Source: Nitrospirota bacterium
Lineage (GTDB): Bacteria > Nitrospirota > UBA9217
NCBI GenBank assembly: GCA_963754875.1
Contig: CAVWHO010000010.1
Coordinates: forward strand, 273,327-337,326
Length of the DNA: 64,000 nucleotides
Direction: 5' to 3'
The notes under the pieces: generated by a model
The model's database searches: none
What the model was told of the DNA's origin: nothing
What the model saw: only the letters and a program-made list of their open reading frames with translations
Program-made: the position numbers and the translations under genes
In this document: positions 10,769 to 20,549 of the stretch, piece by piece
Layout of the letters: every line of letters begins with the position of its first letter
Numbering within the stretch: position 1 is the first letter of the stretch

Positions 10769-10910
10769 TCATTCCTCTATCTGATGTAGTAACGCCTCAG
10801 TGAACGACAGTATTCTTCCGCCATGCTTTTTTTGAAATGTCACTGCGTCGATCTTGCGACGGAAGGCGATTCTGCTCGTATAGCTCATGACCCCGGGGAT
10901 ATCGCTTCCC
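10769..10910 (-). pseudogene. C-terminal remnant of a NosL-family gene
   Basis: GSDIPGVMS...AF...AVTFQKKHGGRILSF matches a NosL C-terminus; no CxxCGM N-terminus or signal peptide upstream. Confidence 0.65.
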
Positions 10911-11041
10911 TTGTGGGGCACACTCGACCGACCCAGACGCGCTATCTGCAAAGTTCACTCAAGAAATATTCGGCATGTCCCTTACCAGATCGATGCGGAT
11001 GGACCACACAAACCCAATTACCTATGACAAACGGTTGACGG

Positions 11042-11512
11042 CTAATGAAGTTCGCCGGACGCATCGTCCCGCGCGGCAGCGAGACACTCTTTCCAGGACG
11101 CGATCGTCCCGCCGTATTCCCCGATGAATGCGTCTGCAGCGGCCTTTGTCTGGAAGGCCCACTTGGGCCGTTGTGTCATCACGCCGCGTTTTCCGCCTCC
11201 CATGACCCAGACTGCTTGTTCCGCGTCGATGAGCATTCTGGTGTCGCGGTCCGCTACGAAGATTGACTTCACCGCTCGCCCCCGGTTCACATTCAATTCC
11301 AAGACCGCGCAGTGCAGGCTGCAGACGCCTACGACGGTCCCGTCTGCGTATTGGAGCAGCATCCGGCTGTACCCGTAGGCTTTTCTGTCCATACCGCAGT
11401 AGGCGCAGTCACGGTGCTCGTCGATATCGGCTTGGGCCATGGCGGACACCGCGGCAATGCAGAACGTAAGCACGACGAACATCGCCGTAGCAGCTGATCG
11501 TTTCTTTATCAC
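11042..11512 (-). CDS. NosL-family protein
   Basis: Signal peptide; CAYCGM, CSLHC, GVMT...AF...A..F...YGG; start set to the GTG spaced from GAGGAG (ORF track 11521). Confidence 0.85.
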   Translation of the reverse strand: MIKKRSAATAMFVVLTFCIAAVSAMAQADIDEHRDCAYCGMDRKAYGYSRMLLQYADGTVVGVCSLHCAVLELNVNRGRAVKSIFVADRDTRMLIDAEQAVWVMGGGKRGVMTQRPKWAFQTKAAADAFIGEYGGTIASWKECLAAARDDASGELH

Positions 11513-11546
11513 AGAAGTCACTCCTCGTGGTGAATGGCTGTTGCCG

Positions 11547-12107
11547 TTACGGCAATCCGGCGAGAACGGATTGCAGCCGGACGCCGTCTTTATAATCCTC
11601 GTTCATCTGGACAACACCGTTGCTGTCTATGACTATCGTGCTGCCCATCGTGGCATGGTACAGGTTCAGCACGGTCTGCTGCGTATCAGCCAGTACCGTA
11701 AATCCCGAGCCGGCAAAGCCGTTCGAGATTTCCGCATTCCCTGCTTCGGCAGCGCTGGCCGAAACATAATCGATTGCGAAAAACCGAACGGCCGGGAAAC
11801 GGGGGATCACGACGTCCCGCATATTGCTCATATGGGTGTCGCAGGTAGGACACCACATCGTGAAATACAGGACCGTCCCTTGCACCCCGGCGGTCGCGAC
11901 AACGGAAGAGAGTGTGACGTTGTTTCCCAGGGTGTCGGACAGCGTGAAGTCCGGGGCGAATTGGCAAACATCGGGTCCCGGGATGCCGCACTGGACAAGA
12001 GGACGCTTGTCAGCGCCCGACGGGTAGAGATCATCCAGCATATTGCCGCATCCGGCAAGAAAGGCCGGCACGAGCAGCAGTGACACAAGCATTCTAGCGG
12101 AAACCAT
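11547..12107 (-). CDS. Redoxin/TlpA-like lipoprotein
   Basis: Lipobox LAGC; APDFTL; WCPTC. Confidence 0.85.
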   Translation of the reverse strand: MVSARMLVSLLLVPAFLAGCGNMLDDLYPSGADKRPLVQCGIPGPDVCQFAPDFTLSDTLGNNVTLSSVVATAGVQGTVLYFTMWCPTCDTHMSNMRDVVIPRFPAVRFFAIDYVSASAAEAGNAEISNGFAGSGFTVLADTQQTVLNLYHATMGSTIVIDSNGVVQMNEDYKDGVRLQSVLAGLP

Positions 12108-13080
12108 AGCTGACTCCTACGGTATAGATATCGGTCGTTGGAAAGTTTTCTCCCCACCCGTTTTGACGAATTGCGTGGCTCCACGAACCACGCACGATCC
12201 AGTCACTATCCGTGCTTGAATAGGCAATGCCCCCTCCGACGGCGTTTTTTTGAAAACCGCTGTTTGGCTCCCGCTGGCCGGCAATGGTAGCATCCTCTTC
12301 CTGCAGAGAAGAAAACGATGCGGTTCCGGTCAGGGTGTCTCCGGCCGTCCCGATATAATAAATATAACTCAGGGACACCGATGCGGACGTGCGATTCCCC
12401 AGTTTTTTCCGGTAGGGTTCCACGTAATTGCCGTATTCCCTGTTTACCAACCGATCGATGTACGTGCCATAGCTAAGAGCGAGAGAAGCGCTCCAGGGAT
12501 GGAGTGTTTTCGAAATGAGAACATTCCCGTCCAGGCGGTAGAATCCTCTGCCTGTCACATCAAAACTGCTGCCGACGTCGTCGTAGGGGGAGATGCCCGT
12601 CGGCACGAGCAAAGAAGGTCCGATCGTGACAGAAGGGACCAGGTCTTTCGGCTCGCGAATTTTCCATGCAGAGTTGTCGTCGAGGGCTTCGTACCAGAGA
12701 TTCAACGACGTGTCGCCCAAACCTTTTGTACGGGAGGAAAGACCCGAGTAAGTATTGTCGTTCCAAACATAGGGGACGACGACGCTAGCCTGCCAGCGCG
12801 GGGCCAGACGCCGCGCATACCCGAAGTTCAGCCGCTCCTGGCGCAAATCAGATCCTTCGGGATCATGGGTGTACGTTCCATGCTCGTTCCAAAAACCGTC
12901 ATATTTTTCAAAATCAAAAGACATATCAACCATGGATTGATAGAACTTCGGCAGCACCAGTGTCGTTCCTCCTCCGCCGCCGCAGCACGAGCCGGCAAAG
13001 GCCGGCGGAGAAAAGAGGCAAGCGGCCCCCGCAAAGAGGGCCGCTATGATGACTGCACGTGATTGCCGTATGATGTTCAC
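12094..13080 (-). CDS. Putative outer-membrane beta-barrel/transporter with N-terminal CC motif
   Basis: Signal peptide followed by GSCCGGGGG; alternating aromatic beta strands; terminal VGVSYGF(R). Confidence 0.7.
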   Translation of the reverse strand: MNIIRQSRAVIIAALFAGAACLFSPPAFAGSCCGGGGGTTLVLPKFYQSMVDMSFDFEKYDGFWNEHGTYTHDPEGSDLRQERLNFGYARRLAPRWQASVVVPYVWNDNTYSGLSSRTKGLGDTSLNLWYEALDDNSAWKIREPKDLVPSVTIGPSLLVPTGISPYDDVGSSFDVTGRGFYRLDGNVLISKTLHPWSASLALSYGTYIDRLVNREYGNYVEPYRKKLGNRTSASVSLSYIYYIGTAGDTLTGTASFSSLQEEDATIAGQREPNSGFQKNAVGGGIAYSSTDSDWIVRGSWSHAIRQNGWGENFPTTDIYTVGVSYGFR

Positions 13081-13092
13081 TCGTTCACCGCG

Positions 13093-13977
13093 TCAATGGG
13101 AAGTCACGACGAATGTCTGATACGCGTTCGTGCCGGATGCGGCAGCGCCGTTCGTGGTCTTGTCCTGGCCGTTGACCTGGAGTTTCACGTAAATGGTGTG
13201 CGTTCCAGCCGTCGCAAGGTCTGTTATCCCGGCGAGGGACCAGTGGCCGTTGCCGTTGTCGGTGCCAGAAACGACATTCGATGCGAAGGTATTGTCTGCC
13301 GATGCCTGGACAGATATCGAAGTTACTGAAACCGTCCCCGTGGCATCACTCAACAGGGCGCCGGAAGATACCGGTACGAAGTTCATGCTCATGTCTTCGC
13401 CGTGCGAGATGTAAAGCATGAATGTCGGAGAAACAGCGCTGACCGGTCCGTCGCAGAACAGATAATATTTATTGTACTGAGTGCCCGACATACTGCTGAC
13501 GATATCGTCGGGGCCGTACAACAACGCGCGGACTGTGTCGTTGCCCATTGCCATGTTTACGTCGGGCGTGAATGTCGTCGTTTCTCCGTTCACCGTTACC
13601 GCCATGTCCCACGTTCCCATGGTCGGGCCGGAAGCCATGAGATAATAGACGGTGCAATCGTACCTCCCGGGAGTACCGGACTCCGCAACGCTGCCGATGG
13701 GCGTCGAGTGCATATCGCCATTCGTCATATGCATCGTGAGCGCAAGGGCAGGGGACAGACCGGTCGCGGGGCTGCCGTCGCTCTGTTTCGTGATATTGAG
13801 CTGAAATACGGTCTTTCCCTGGACAGGGGCATTCATGCCCGTGCCGGGGAGATATTGGACTTTATACGCGTTCACGGTGTTGTTGTCAGATGATGATGAC
13901 GACGTGCCGCAACCGGCGGCGGAAAAAACCGCAAGGCCGGCAATCACAAACACCAGCATTTTTTGTATCACTTGCAT
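13093..13977 (-). CDS. Met/His-rich lipoprotein (YtkA/FixH-like fold suspected)
   Basis: Lipobox AAGC, Ser-rich linker, MHMTNGDMH and YYLMASG motifs; ATG behind GGAGG. Confidence 0.75.
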   Translation of the reverse strand: MQVIQKMLVFVIAGLAVFSAAGCGTSSSSSDNNTVNAYKVQYLPGTGMNAPVQGKTVFQLNITKQSDGSPATGLSPALALTMHMTNGDMHSTPIGSVAESGTPGRYDCTVYYLMASGPTMGTWDMAVTVNGETTTFTPDVNMAMGNDTVRALLYGPDDIVSSMSGTQYNKYYLFCDGPVSAVSPTFMLYISHGEDMSMNFVPVSSGALLSDATGTVSVTSISVQASADNTFASNVVSGTDNGNGHWSLAGITDLATAGTHTIYVKLQVNGQDKTTNGAAASGTNAYQTFVVTSH

Positions 13978-14013
13978 GGAGACTCCTCCTTGAATATTCA
14001 ATATCGGTTATGG

Positions 14014-14505
14014 CTATGGTCGCTTCAGCAGCTCTTTTATTTCTTTTTCGTATATTGGGACGAATTCTTTGCCGAATCCCCGGTGAACGTATTGGATGAT
14101 CCCGTCTCGTCCCACGATGACGCCCGTTGGCAGACCGGTCACGCGATAGGCTTCATTCACATCGCCTTTGTCGAGGAGGATCGGAAAGCTTACCGGGACT
14201 TTGTGCAGGAAGGCTTCAACGTCCTTTTGGGAATCGTCTACGCTGATGCCGATGACCTGAAAGCCGTCCTTGACGAATTTTTTGTGCAACCCCTCAAGCG
14301 CGGGCAGTTCATCCCTGCAGGGAATGCACCAGGGCGCCCAGAAGTCCAGGAACACGACTGTTCCCTTGAACTGGTCGAGCGTCACAGTGTTGCCGTTCAC
14401 GTTTGGAAGACGGAATGCCGGCGCTGCTGATCCTATCTGTCCCGGATAAGAAACAACCGGGAACAGGATTAACAGGCTGAATATGACAATAGTAGTTTTT
14501 ATCAT
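14014..14505 (-). CDS. TlpA-family thiol-disulfide oxidoreductase
   Basis: LDFWAPWCIPC; APAFRL; YRVTGLP. Confidence 0.92.
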   Translation of the reverse strand: MIKTTIVIFSLLILFPVVSYPGQIGSAAPAFRLPNVNGNTVTLDQFKGTVVFLDFWAPWCIPCRDELPALEGLHKKFVKDGFQVIGISVDDSQKDVEAFLHKVPVSFPILLDKGDVNEAYRVTGLPTGVIVGRDGIIQYVHRGFGKEFVPIYEKEIKELLKRP

Positions 14506-14769
14506 CCTTCTATTTCCACAAGGGTATTTCAGGCCAGCGGCAACCACCCTCGCCCGTCTGCCTTCAAAATAACGTTATTTTTTGCAGATGGCGGCTATCA
14601 ATCGGTCTGGTCGATGGATAGGGTGGCTATTTCCGAAGTGGAGCCAAGCTTAAAAGAGGAGGTCGGCTATGACTGCCCGGCCTCGGAGATGCCGTGTACA
14701 GGCGTACACAAGTATGTGTGCGTACCTGTTGCGGAGCACAAGCTGACAGACTTCGGTTAGGAATGCAGA

Positions 14770-15054
14770 TCAGACTTTCGGAGGACGTTCGTCTTGAAAG
14801 GCAATGAAGAAAGGTTTGAAACGAGGATTTACCAGTTCAGCAAAAGCGTTCTGGGGCAATGGGAGAGGCCGGCACGGGCATTCGCTCATGCAGGGCATGT
14901 CACCGCTCGTCGAAAGGGCCGGCGTTGATGAGTGGCAGACGTCAAGAATTCCAATCGCACTGTGGCCATCGTGCAAAAACGTCATCGGCAACGAAGGAGG
15001 ACCGACAATGCTGAGCGCGATTGCCAGGAGAACGATGACTGCTTGCCATCTCAT
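14770..15054 (-). CDS. Small exported Cys-rich protein ending in RPP (DUF2946/CruR-like leader)
   Basis: Hydrophobic N-terminus, DVCH and CMSECPC, C-terminal ERPPKV; first gene of the metal cluster. Confidence 0.7.
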   Translation of the reverse strand: MRWQAVIVLLAIALSIVGPPSLPMTFLHDGHSAIGILDVCHSSTPALSTSGDMPCMSECPCRPLPLPQNAFAELVNPRFKPFFIAFQDERPPKV

Positions 15055-15060
15055 AGAGAC

Positions 15061-15089
15061 ACTATAATAATATTAAACAGGGCTGTCAA
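15061..15089 (-). promoter_or_regulatory. Near-consensus sigma70 promoter giving a leaderless mRNA
   Basis: TTGACA-17-TATAGT, then 6 nt, then ATG 15054; no SD sequence. Confidence 0.7.
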
Positions 15090-15289
15090 TATAAAATTAA
15101 CATTGTGGCCTTTGTTTTCGTTAAAGCATTGATTTTCCATTCGCCGAATGTGTAAAACAGTAGCTCCCCGGAAGGCCGGTGAGGTATTTCCTCCGAAAGG
15201 TGGGGACTACGGACAAGACAGCCCCTCCGTAATTTGCGCAACTGCCGACGGATCATGAGTACGGAGCCAGCCCGGATCGGTGCCGCCCC

Positions 15290-16222
15290 TCAAGGAAAAA
15301 TCGGCTTCCCGATGCTCTTCGGGAAAAGATCATCGATGAAGAGGTGAAATAATGCGAACAACCCTGTGCCCGCTCCTGACCGCGAGTTCATGGGAATCTC
15401 GGCGGCGAGGCCCAGTTCTGTATATTTGCCGATCCAGGCGATCCCCGGGTTGACCGTTGAGGTCGTCTGGTTTTTACAGTCTGTGTTCAGGCAGGTCTCA
15501 TTGGGAAATTCTACGACCGCGACCATCCTGTTGAGCGGCGTGCCTAGCCCTACGTCTTTCACTGCCGACTGGAGATACATCAGACTGTATTGGACTGTGA
15601 ATGACCAGGTGAGTGAAGTCGGATTGTCGATATTGTCGGTTGTCTTTTCCGTGGGGAAGTTTTCGCCAACGACCCCGGTGATCGCGAAAGGCCTCAGATA
15701 GCCGACCGATGCCGGCAGATCACCGAATCCTTTTCCAAAATAGAGCGCAGGGGATATGGTCGAAAACGTGTCGGCACCGATCTTGCGGGAACCAGTGTGG
15801 CCGATCTCATCGGACACACCCACGGAAAGAATGGTCTCGTGTTCCGCGTTTGTGTAGAATTGATATTTCAGATTTACTCCGAGATTTCCGAAACCGCTCT
15901 CCGTGCCATCCCCATCCGTGTGCAGGCTCTGGTAGGATTCATCTATTTCGATCCCGAAGGAGGGTGTGATGCGTTTGGAATATCCTAAATCCAGCGACGA
16001 AGTCTGTATCTGCGGACCGCCCCCATCATCATTTATCTTTATGGTGTTATAGAGCGCAGAAAATTCGTCAGAAATGAACGGATCATCGACGGCAAAGGTT
16101 GTGGGGAAAAACCGCTGACCGGCTACTCCATGGGCGAACGAGGTTGCCGGTAGTGCAATGAGGAACATAATTATTGTTGTGCAGACTAAGTAAGGCAGCA
16201 AATCCCTTGTAATCGTTTTCAC
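15290..16222 (-). CDS. Exported hypothetical protein, probable outer-membrane barrel with mature N-terminal His
   Basis: Signal peptide ...SFA|HGVAGQRFFPTTFAVDDP; beta-strand pattern; GTG start behind GGGGG (ORF track 16252). Confidence 0.75.
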   Translation of the reverse strand: MKTITRDLLPYLVCTTIIMFLIALPATSFAHGVAGQRFFPTTFAVDDPFISDEFSALYNTIKINDDGGGPQIQTSSLDLGYSKRITPSFGIEIDESYQSLHTDGDGTESGFGNLGVNLKYQFYTNAEHETILSVGVSDEIGHTGSRKIGADTFSTISPALYFGKGFGDLPASVGYLRPFAITGVVGENFPTEKTTDNIDNPTSLTWSFTVQYSLMYLQSAVKDVGLGTPLNRMVAVVEFPNETCLNTDCKNQTTSTVNPGIAWIGKYTELGLAAEIPMNSRSGAGTGLFALFHLFIDDLFPKSIGKPIFP

Positions 16223-16583
16223 GGCATCCCCCTTCATAAAAGAGCATAACATAAAACCAACGTATTACAAGCAGGCGACGAGATAAATGTTATCACCGTT
16301 TTTGCCAGATTAACAAACACGACCCGACGTAATGCTATAAACTTTTGCTCACTCTATGGTGAGTTGAAGCCAGAAAATTGGAGTGGATAAAAAACCGAAC
16401 AATCAACTGCTTAATCTATTTGTTCTATGGAGCGACAATTTTTCTACGTACCCTTAAAATACCCTTATCGGGCGATTGCCACTGACCTGAAAATTAATTA
16501 GTATCTCTCCACAATGGATATTGGGATCTATGCCGGCTCAACCGTAAAAGTTTAATCCCACCAGCAGCAATAGAGGTGCAGCT

Positions 16584-17078
16584 ATGAACAGGGAACATAT
16601 CCCGATTAGAATGATACCGTTTCCAAGCTTCAATGCCAGCGGCATGCCCCTAGCGTCAGATTCAGGATCCTATGACGCCTATCTGACTGTTGCCGATGTT
16701 GAACAGGTTACCGGATTGACAGGGGTAAAGCAAGTTCAATTTAATCCCCTCCAGTTCCTCGGGAGCGACTTGAATTTCGTCGCCAACGATGGAAGCAAGA
16801 TCCTCAGTGTCGAGTTTTCGAACGTCCGTCATTACAACACGTACAAGGTGTTCGTGCCGAAAAACATTAAGATACTTCTTCACGAAATCGGAGACGAAGC
16901 ATTTGTCGGTCCTGACATCGAGAACCGGATGCCCTATCTGCTTGTGTTTCGTCAAGGGAACTACGCCATTTCACTGACTGCAGCCACTACCTGCGATGCT
17001 AAAAAAAATATGCTGACCCTCGAGCAGCTCATCAGTATTGGAAAGATCATTGCAACAAGGCTTGCAAACGCGGCATAG
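16584..17078 (+). CDS. Hypothetical protein
   Basis: 164 aa; GAGGT RBS; upstream TTGCCA-17-TAGTAT at 16476-16504. Confidence 0.7.
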   Translation: MNREHIPIRMIPFPSFNASGMPLASDSGSYDAYLTVADVEQVTGLTGVKQVQFNPLQFLGSDLNFVANDGSKILSVEFSNVRHYNTYKVFVPKNIKILLHEIGDEAFVGPDIENRMPYLLVFRQGNYAISLTAATTCDAKKNMLTLEQLISIGKIIATRLANAA

Positions 17079-17169
17079 TCTCCTTCTCAAACAAGAAGAC
17101 CCATTCATGAACCAGGGAACAGTCTGCCGCCCATTTCCCCCTCCGAGTTGCCCCGGGAAGTCGTTCCTC

Positions 17170-17841
17170 TCATCGTTTTCTCTTGTCGATCGCCTTTTTT
17201 GCGTAGGGGTAAACTGTTTCTGTGACTATTCGGTATCCCTGTGCCGTCGGGTGAATCCCGTCGGCCTGGTTGAGGGACGGGTCACCTGCGAGGCCTGCAA
17301 GAAAAAAGGGGACCAGAAGCAGATTATATTTCTTTGCCACTGCGGGATAGTTGGCGTAGAATGCATCGGTATACCTGTGCCCCAAATTTGTGACCATGCG
17401 CATGCCTGCAAGTATCACGACAACATTGTTCTCTTTCAGAATGCGAACAATTTCGTCGATATTCTTTCTGGTAATGCGCGGGTCGATGCCCCGAAGACCG
17501 TCATTGGCGCCGGTTTCAAGAATGACGATATCGGGTTTGAGTTTCAGCACCCAGCGGACACGCGAGAGGGCGCCGCTGCTCGTTTCCCCGCTGATGCCCG
17601 CGTTGATGACCCGCCAGTTATATCCCGTGGACCTGAGCTTCTTCTCAAGCCGGGCGGGATAAGCGTTATCTTCATCGACGCCCAAACCCGCAGTAAGACT
17701 ATCGCCTACGGCGACAATCGTGCCTTCAAAAGCAGGCTGTGGAGGGTGTACCGCGGGAGTTGGTTCGTTGTGCCGTTCACATCCGATAAGAAAGAGCAAA
17801 AGAAGAATCAATGCCGTTAACCGCAGTATCAAACCATTCAT
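17170..17841 (-). CDS. tesA: Arylesterase/acyl-CoA thioesterase I (GDSL/SGNH) lipoprotein
   Basis: GDSLTAG, NAGISGETS, GANDGLRG, DGIHP. Confidence 0.9.
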   Translation of the reverse strand: MNGLILRLTALILLLLFLIGCERHNEPTPAVHPPQPAFEGTIVAVGDSLTAGLGVDEDNAYPARLEKKLRSTGYNWRVINAGISGETSSGALSRVRWVLKLKPDIVILETGANDGLRGIDPRITRKNIDEIVRILKENNVVVILAGMRMVTNLGHRYTDAFYANYPAVAKKYNLLLVPFFLAGLAGDPSLNQADGIHPTAQGYRIVTETVYPYAKKAIDKRKR

Positions 17842-17929
17842 AATTTACCCCATTTCAACATGCAACTACTAACTGATGTCTACAGCCCTACTGTGTATAA
17901 CCGTGTTCATGTAGGGTCGTCCTGGCGTA

Positions 17930-20549
17930 TCACTCCTCAGTCTGTTCCCGAAGGAACGCTGCCGGCCTTTGCCGTATGATTGAGAGGGAGGCCGCGAGAC
18001 CGACAACAATTACGAGACCGGTCGTTGCGAGGACCATCACGGTACTTATGCCAGCCAAGACATTGTAGGATACGTCGAGAGCGTGCCTACAGACAAGCCA
18101 ACTTACCGCCTGGGAGAGAACGAGCGCGATGAGGCCGCTTGCGAGCCCGATAAGCAGGCTTTCCACGGCAAAGACGGACAGGACGAATCGGCCCCGGGCA
18201 CCCAGGATCGTGAAATAGACAGCTTCCTGGATGCGCGTATAGCGTGTGGCGAACACGGAGCTTATAATGATAAGAATGCCGGCGACGACGCTGAAGAGCG
18301 TGAAGAAGCGGACGATCAGCGTGAGCCGTTCCATGACCCGGGCGAATACTCTCACGGTCTCCGTCACGTCGATGACGCTCACGTTCGGGAAACGGGAAAC
18401 AATACGATTTTGTAGCGGGGCAATCTGTTTTTTACCCACGCGCACGGCGGTGAAGACCGTCTGGGGAGCGTCCTTGAGTACCCGATCGGGGAAAACGAAG
18501 TAAAAGTAGGGCTGGAGTGCAGCGTGTGTCCTGGTCCTTATGCTCGAAATCCTGGCCTCGATCGGGACCCCCTGGATGTTGAACGTGATCCGGTCGCCGA
18601 TTTTCATATCTCGCATGTTCAGCACTGTGTCAAGGACCGACACCTGCGCCTCCGTCCAGTCATTACGAAAAAGCTTTTTTCCTGCGACGATCCGTTCGTC
18701 TTCCAGCAGACCTTCCCGATAGGTCAGATTGAACTCTCGTGCCAGGTTATCACCTCGTTTTTGCCGCTCCGCGTCCCGGTCGATCGGCTCGTTGTTCACT
18801 GCCGTGATGGTCCCCCGGACAACAGGGTAGTATGTGGCCGGGATCGCCAGGAATCGGCTGAATGCGTTCTGCTGGTCCGGCTGGATATCGATGAAGAACA
18901 GGTTGGGGGCATCGGGGGGGTAAGACCGGACGAAAGTCGCGTCGAGGTTCTTCTCCACAAGGGTGATTGAGAAAATGACCGCCAATGAAGCGGTAAGAGT
19001 GACGATGATCGACCTCGTCGCGTTCCCGGGACGGAACAGTCCTTTTAAAGCCTGCCGCAGTATAAGGTCCTTTGTTTGCAGCATTGTCGCCAAACGGAGA
19101 ATTGCCTCGGAGCAGATGACGGAGATGAGTACGAGAAGACCGACTCCGATGACAAAGTACAGTCCTGTTTTTATCTCGCGTATCCGCCAGAGGACCATGG
19201 CAATGAAAAAGATAATGCTTGCGCCGCCGGTGAGCCATGTTGCGCGGCTCTTGGCCTGCCGCTGGTCTTCCTTGCCGAAAATGGACCGTGGTTTGATCTC
19301 TTTGAGACGGTAAAGAGGGAGCAGGGTGAACAGAATCACCACGAGAGAACCGATTATGAGACCTTCCGCCACAGCTCCCCGGGGTATGGTCATTTCCACG
19401 TTGGCGGGAATGAGCCCGCGAAAGATGTACGGGAGAATTTTTTCAAGAAAAAAACTCGCGGCGAGTCCGAGGAGCGTCCCGACGGAGCCGAGGACTGCCA
19501 CGATAATGAAATAATGAGTGATGATAAAACGGCTGCTGGACCCCACTGCTTTCATGATGGCGATGGTCCGCTCCTGTTCCTTCAGAAAAGCGGTAAGAGA
19601 GCTCTGGATGCCTATCCCGGCGAGGAGCAGCGTAAATATCCCTATGAGGTTGAGAAAAAAAAGGAAATTGTCGAAGAAACGTTTCACTCCGGAATCGGCT
19701 GTCCGAAAGGTTTCTACACGTTCACGATCCTTGTTTGATGCGGCCCGGAGTTGATCGGTAATCCGGTCCAGCTCCGTCTCATGCAGGACTTTAATGAGGA
19801 TGGTGTAATTCACCCTGCTTCCCTTTCCCACAAGGTCAAGAGAGGGGATGTCAGCTGTGGAAATGAAGGTCCGCGGGCCAAGGGCAAAGAAATTTACCGG
19901 CCGGTCAGGCTCCTGGAGCACGACGTCACGGATGGTAAGGCGGGCGCTTCCAACCCTGAGACTGTCGCCAAGTTTGAGGTGGAGGCGGTCGAGAAGTGAC
20001 TGTTCAACAACGATGTTGCCCCGGGTCAGCATGTTCCCGAAGGGCGCCCCGGAGGCGAGCTCCAGAGTGCCGTAGAAAGGGTAGCCGGGGTCCACCACCT
20101 TGATCCCGGACAGGAGGGATTCTTGATTTTCATAGGCAGCGGCTGTCTGAGGCGTTCCTGCGCTCCGTCCCTCGGCGGTTTCCTGAAGCGCTTGCCCGTT
20201 TGACCTTGTTGTTTTCCCCTTTTTTCCCCCGGGATACGGCCCTCCTCGCATTCCTGTCAGTCTGCACAACCGAGTAGAATTCGTAGACGCGCGCGCTTTC
20301 TATTGCTTTTCGCTTTTCCAGAGAGTCGAGCTCGTCGAGAAGACCCGATGAGAACGGGGCATGCGAATGGATAATAATATCGGCGGCATGGAGGGCCCGG
20401 GCATCATGGAGAAAAGACGTGTGTACACTCCTGCTGAACCCGCCCAGAGACACCAGCGTTATCATGGACAAGATAACGCAGAGGACCAAGACGGCTGACT
20501 GGTGCATTGATCCGGCGATTTGGCGGCGAATAAAATGAATATTAAGCAT
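17930..20549 (-). CDS. YbbP-like ABC permease, split by one frameshift near 20210-20235
   Basis: ORF 20130-20549 (N-terminus, ARVYEFYSVV) and ORF 17930-20269 (KVVDPGYPFYG, APNLFFIDIQ) are consecutive parts of one permease; the overlap contains G5A6G4A4 runs. Confidence 0.85.

Noticed and set aside
10283..11512. Nitrous oxide reduction (nos) operon
   Set aside because: Only NosL-like genes are present; no nosZ, nosD, nosR or nosFY in the window.
14505..14560. VVAAGLKYP upstream of TlpA as a remnant outer-membrane protein C-terminus
   Set aside because: Too short to support without a search.
15148..15235. Structured RNA/riboswitch (GTAGCTCCCC...GGGGACTAC stem)
   Set aside because: It folds plausibly but matches no family I recognise; it may simply be a terminator-like hairpin after the 15290 gene.
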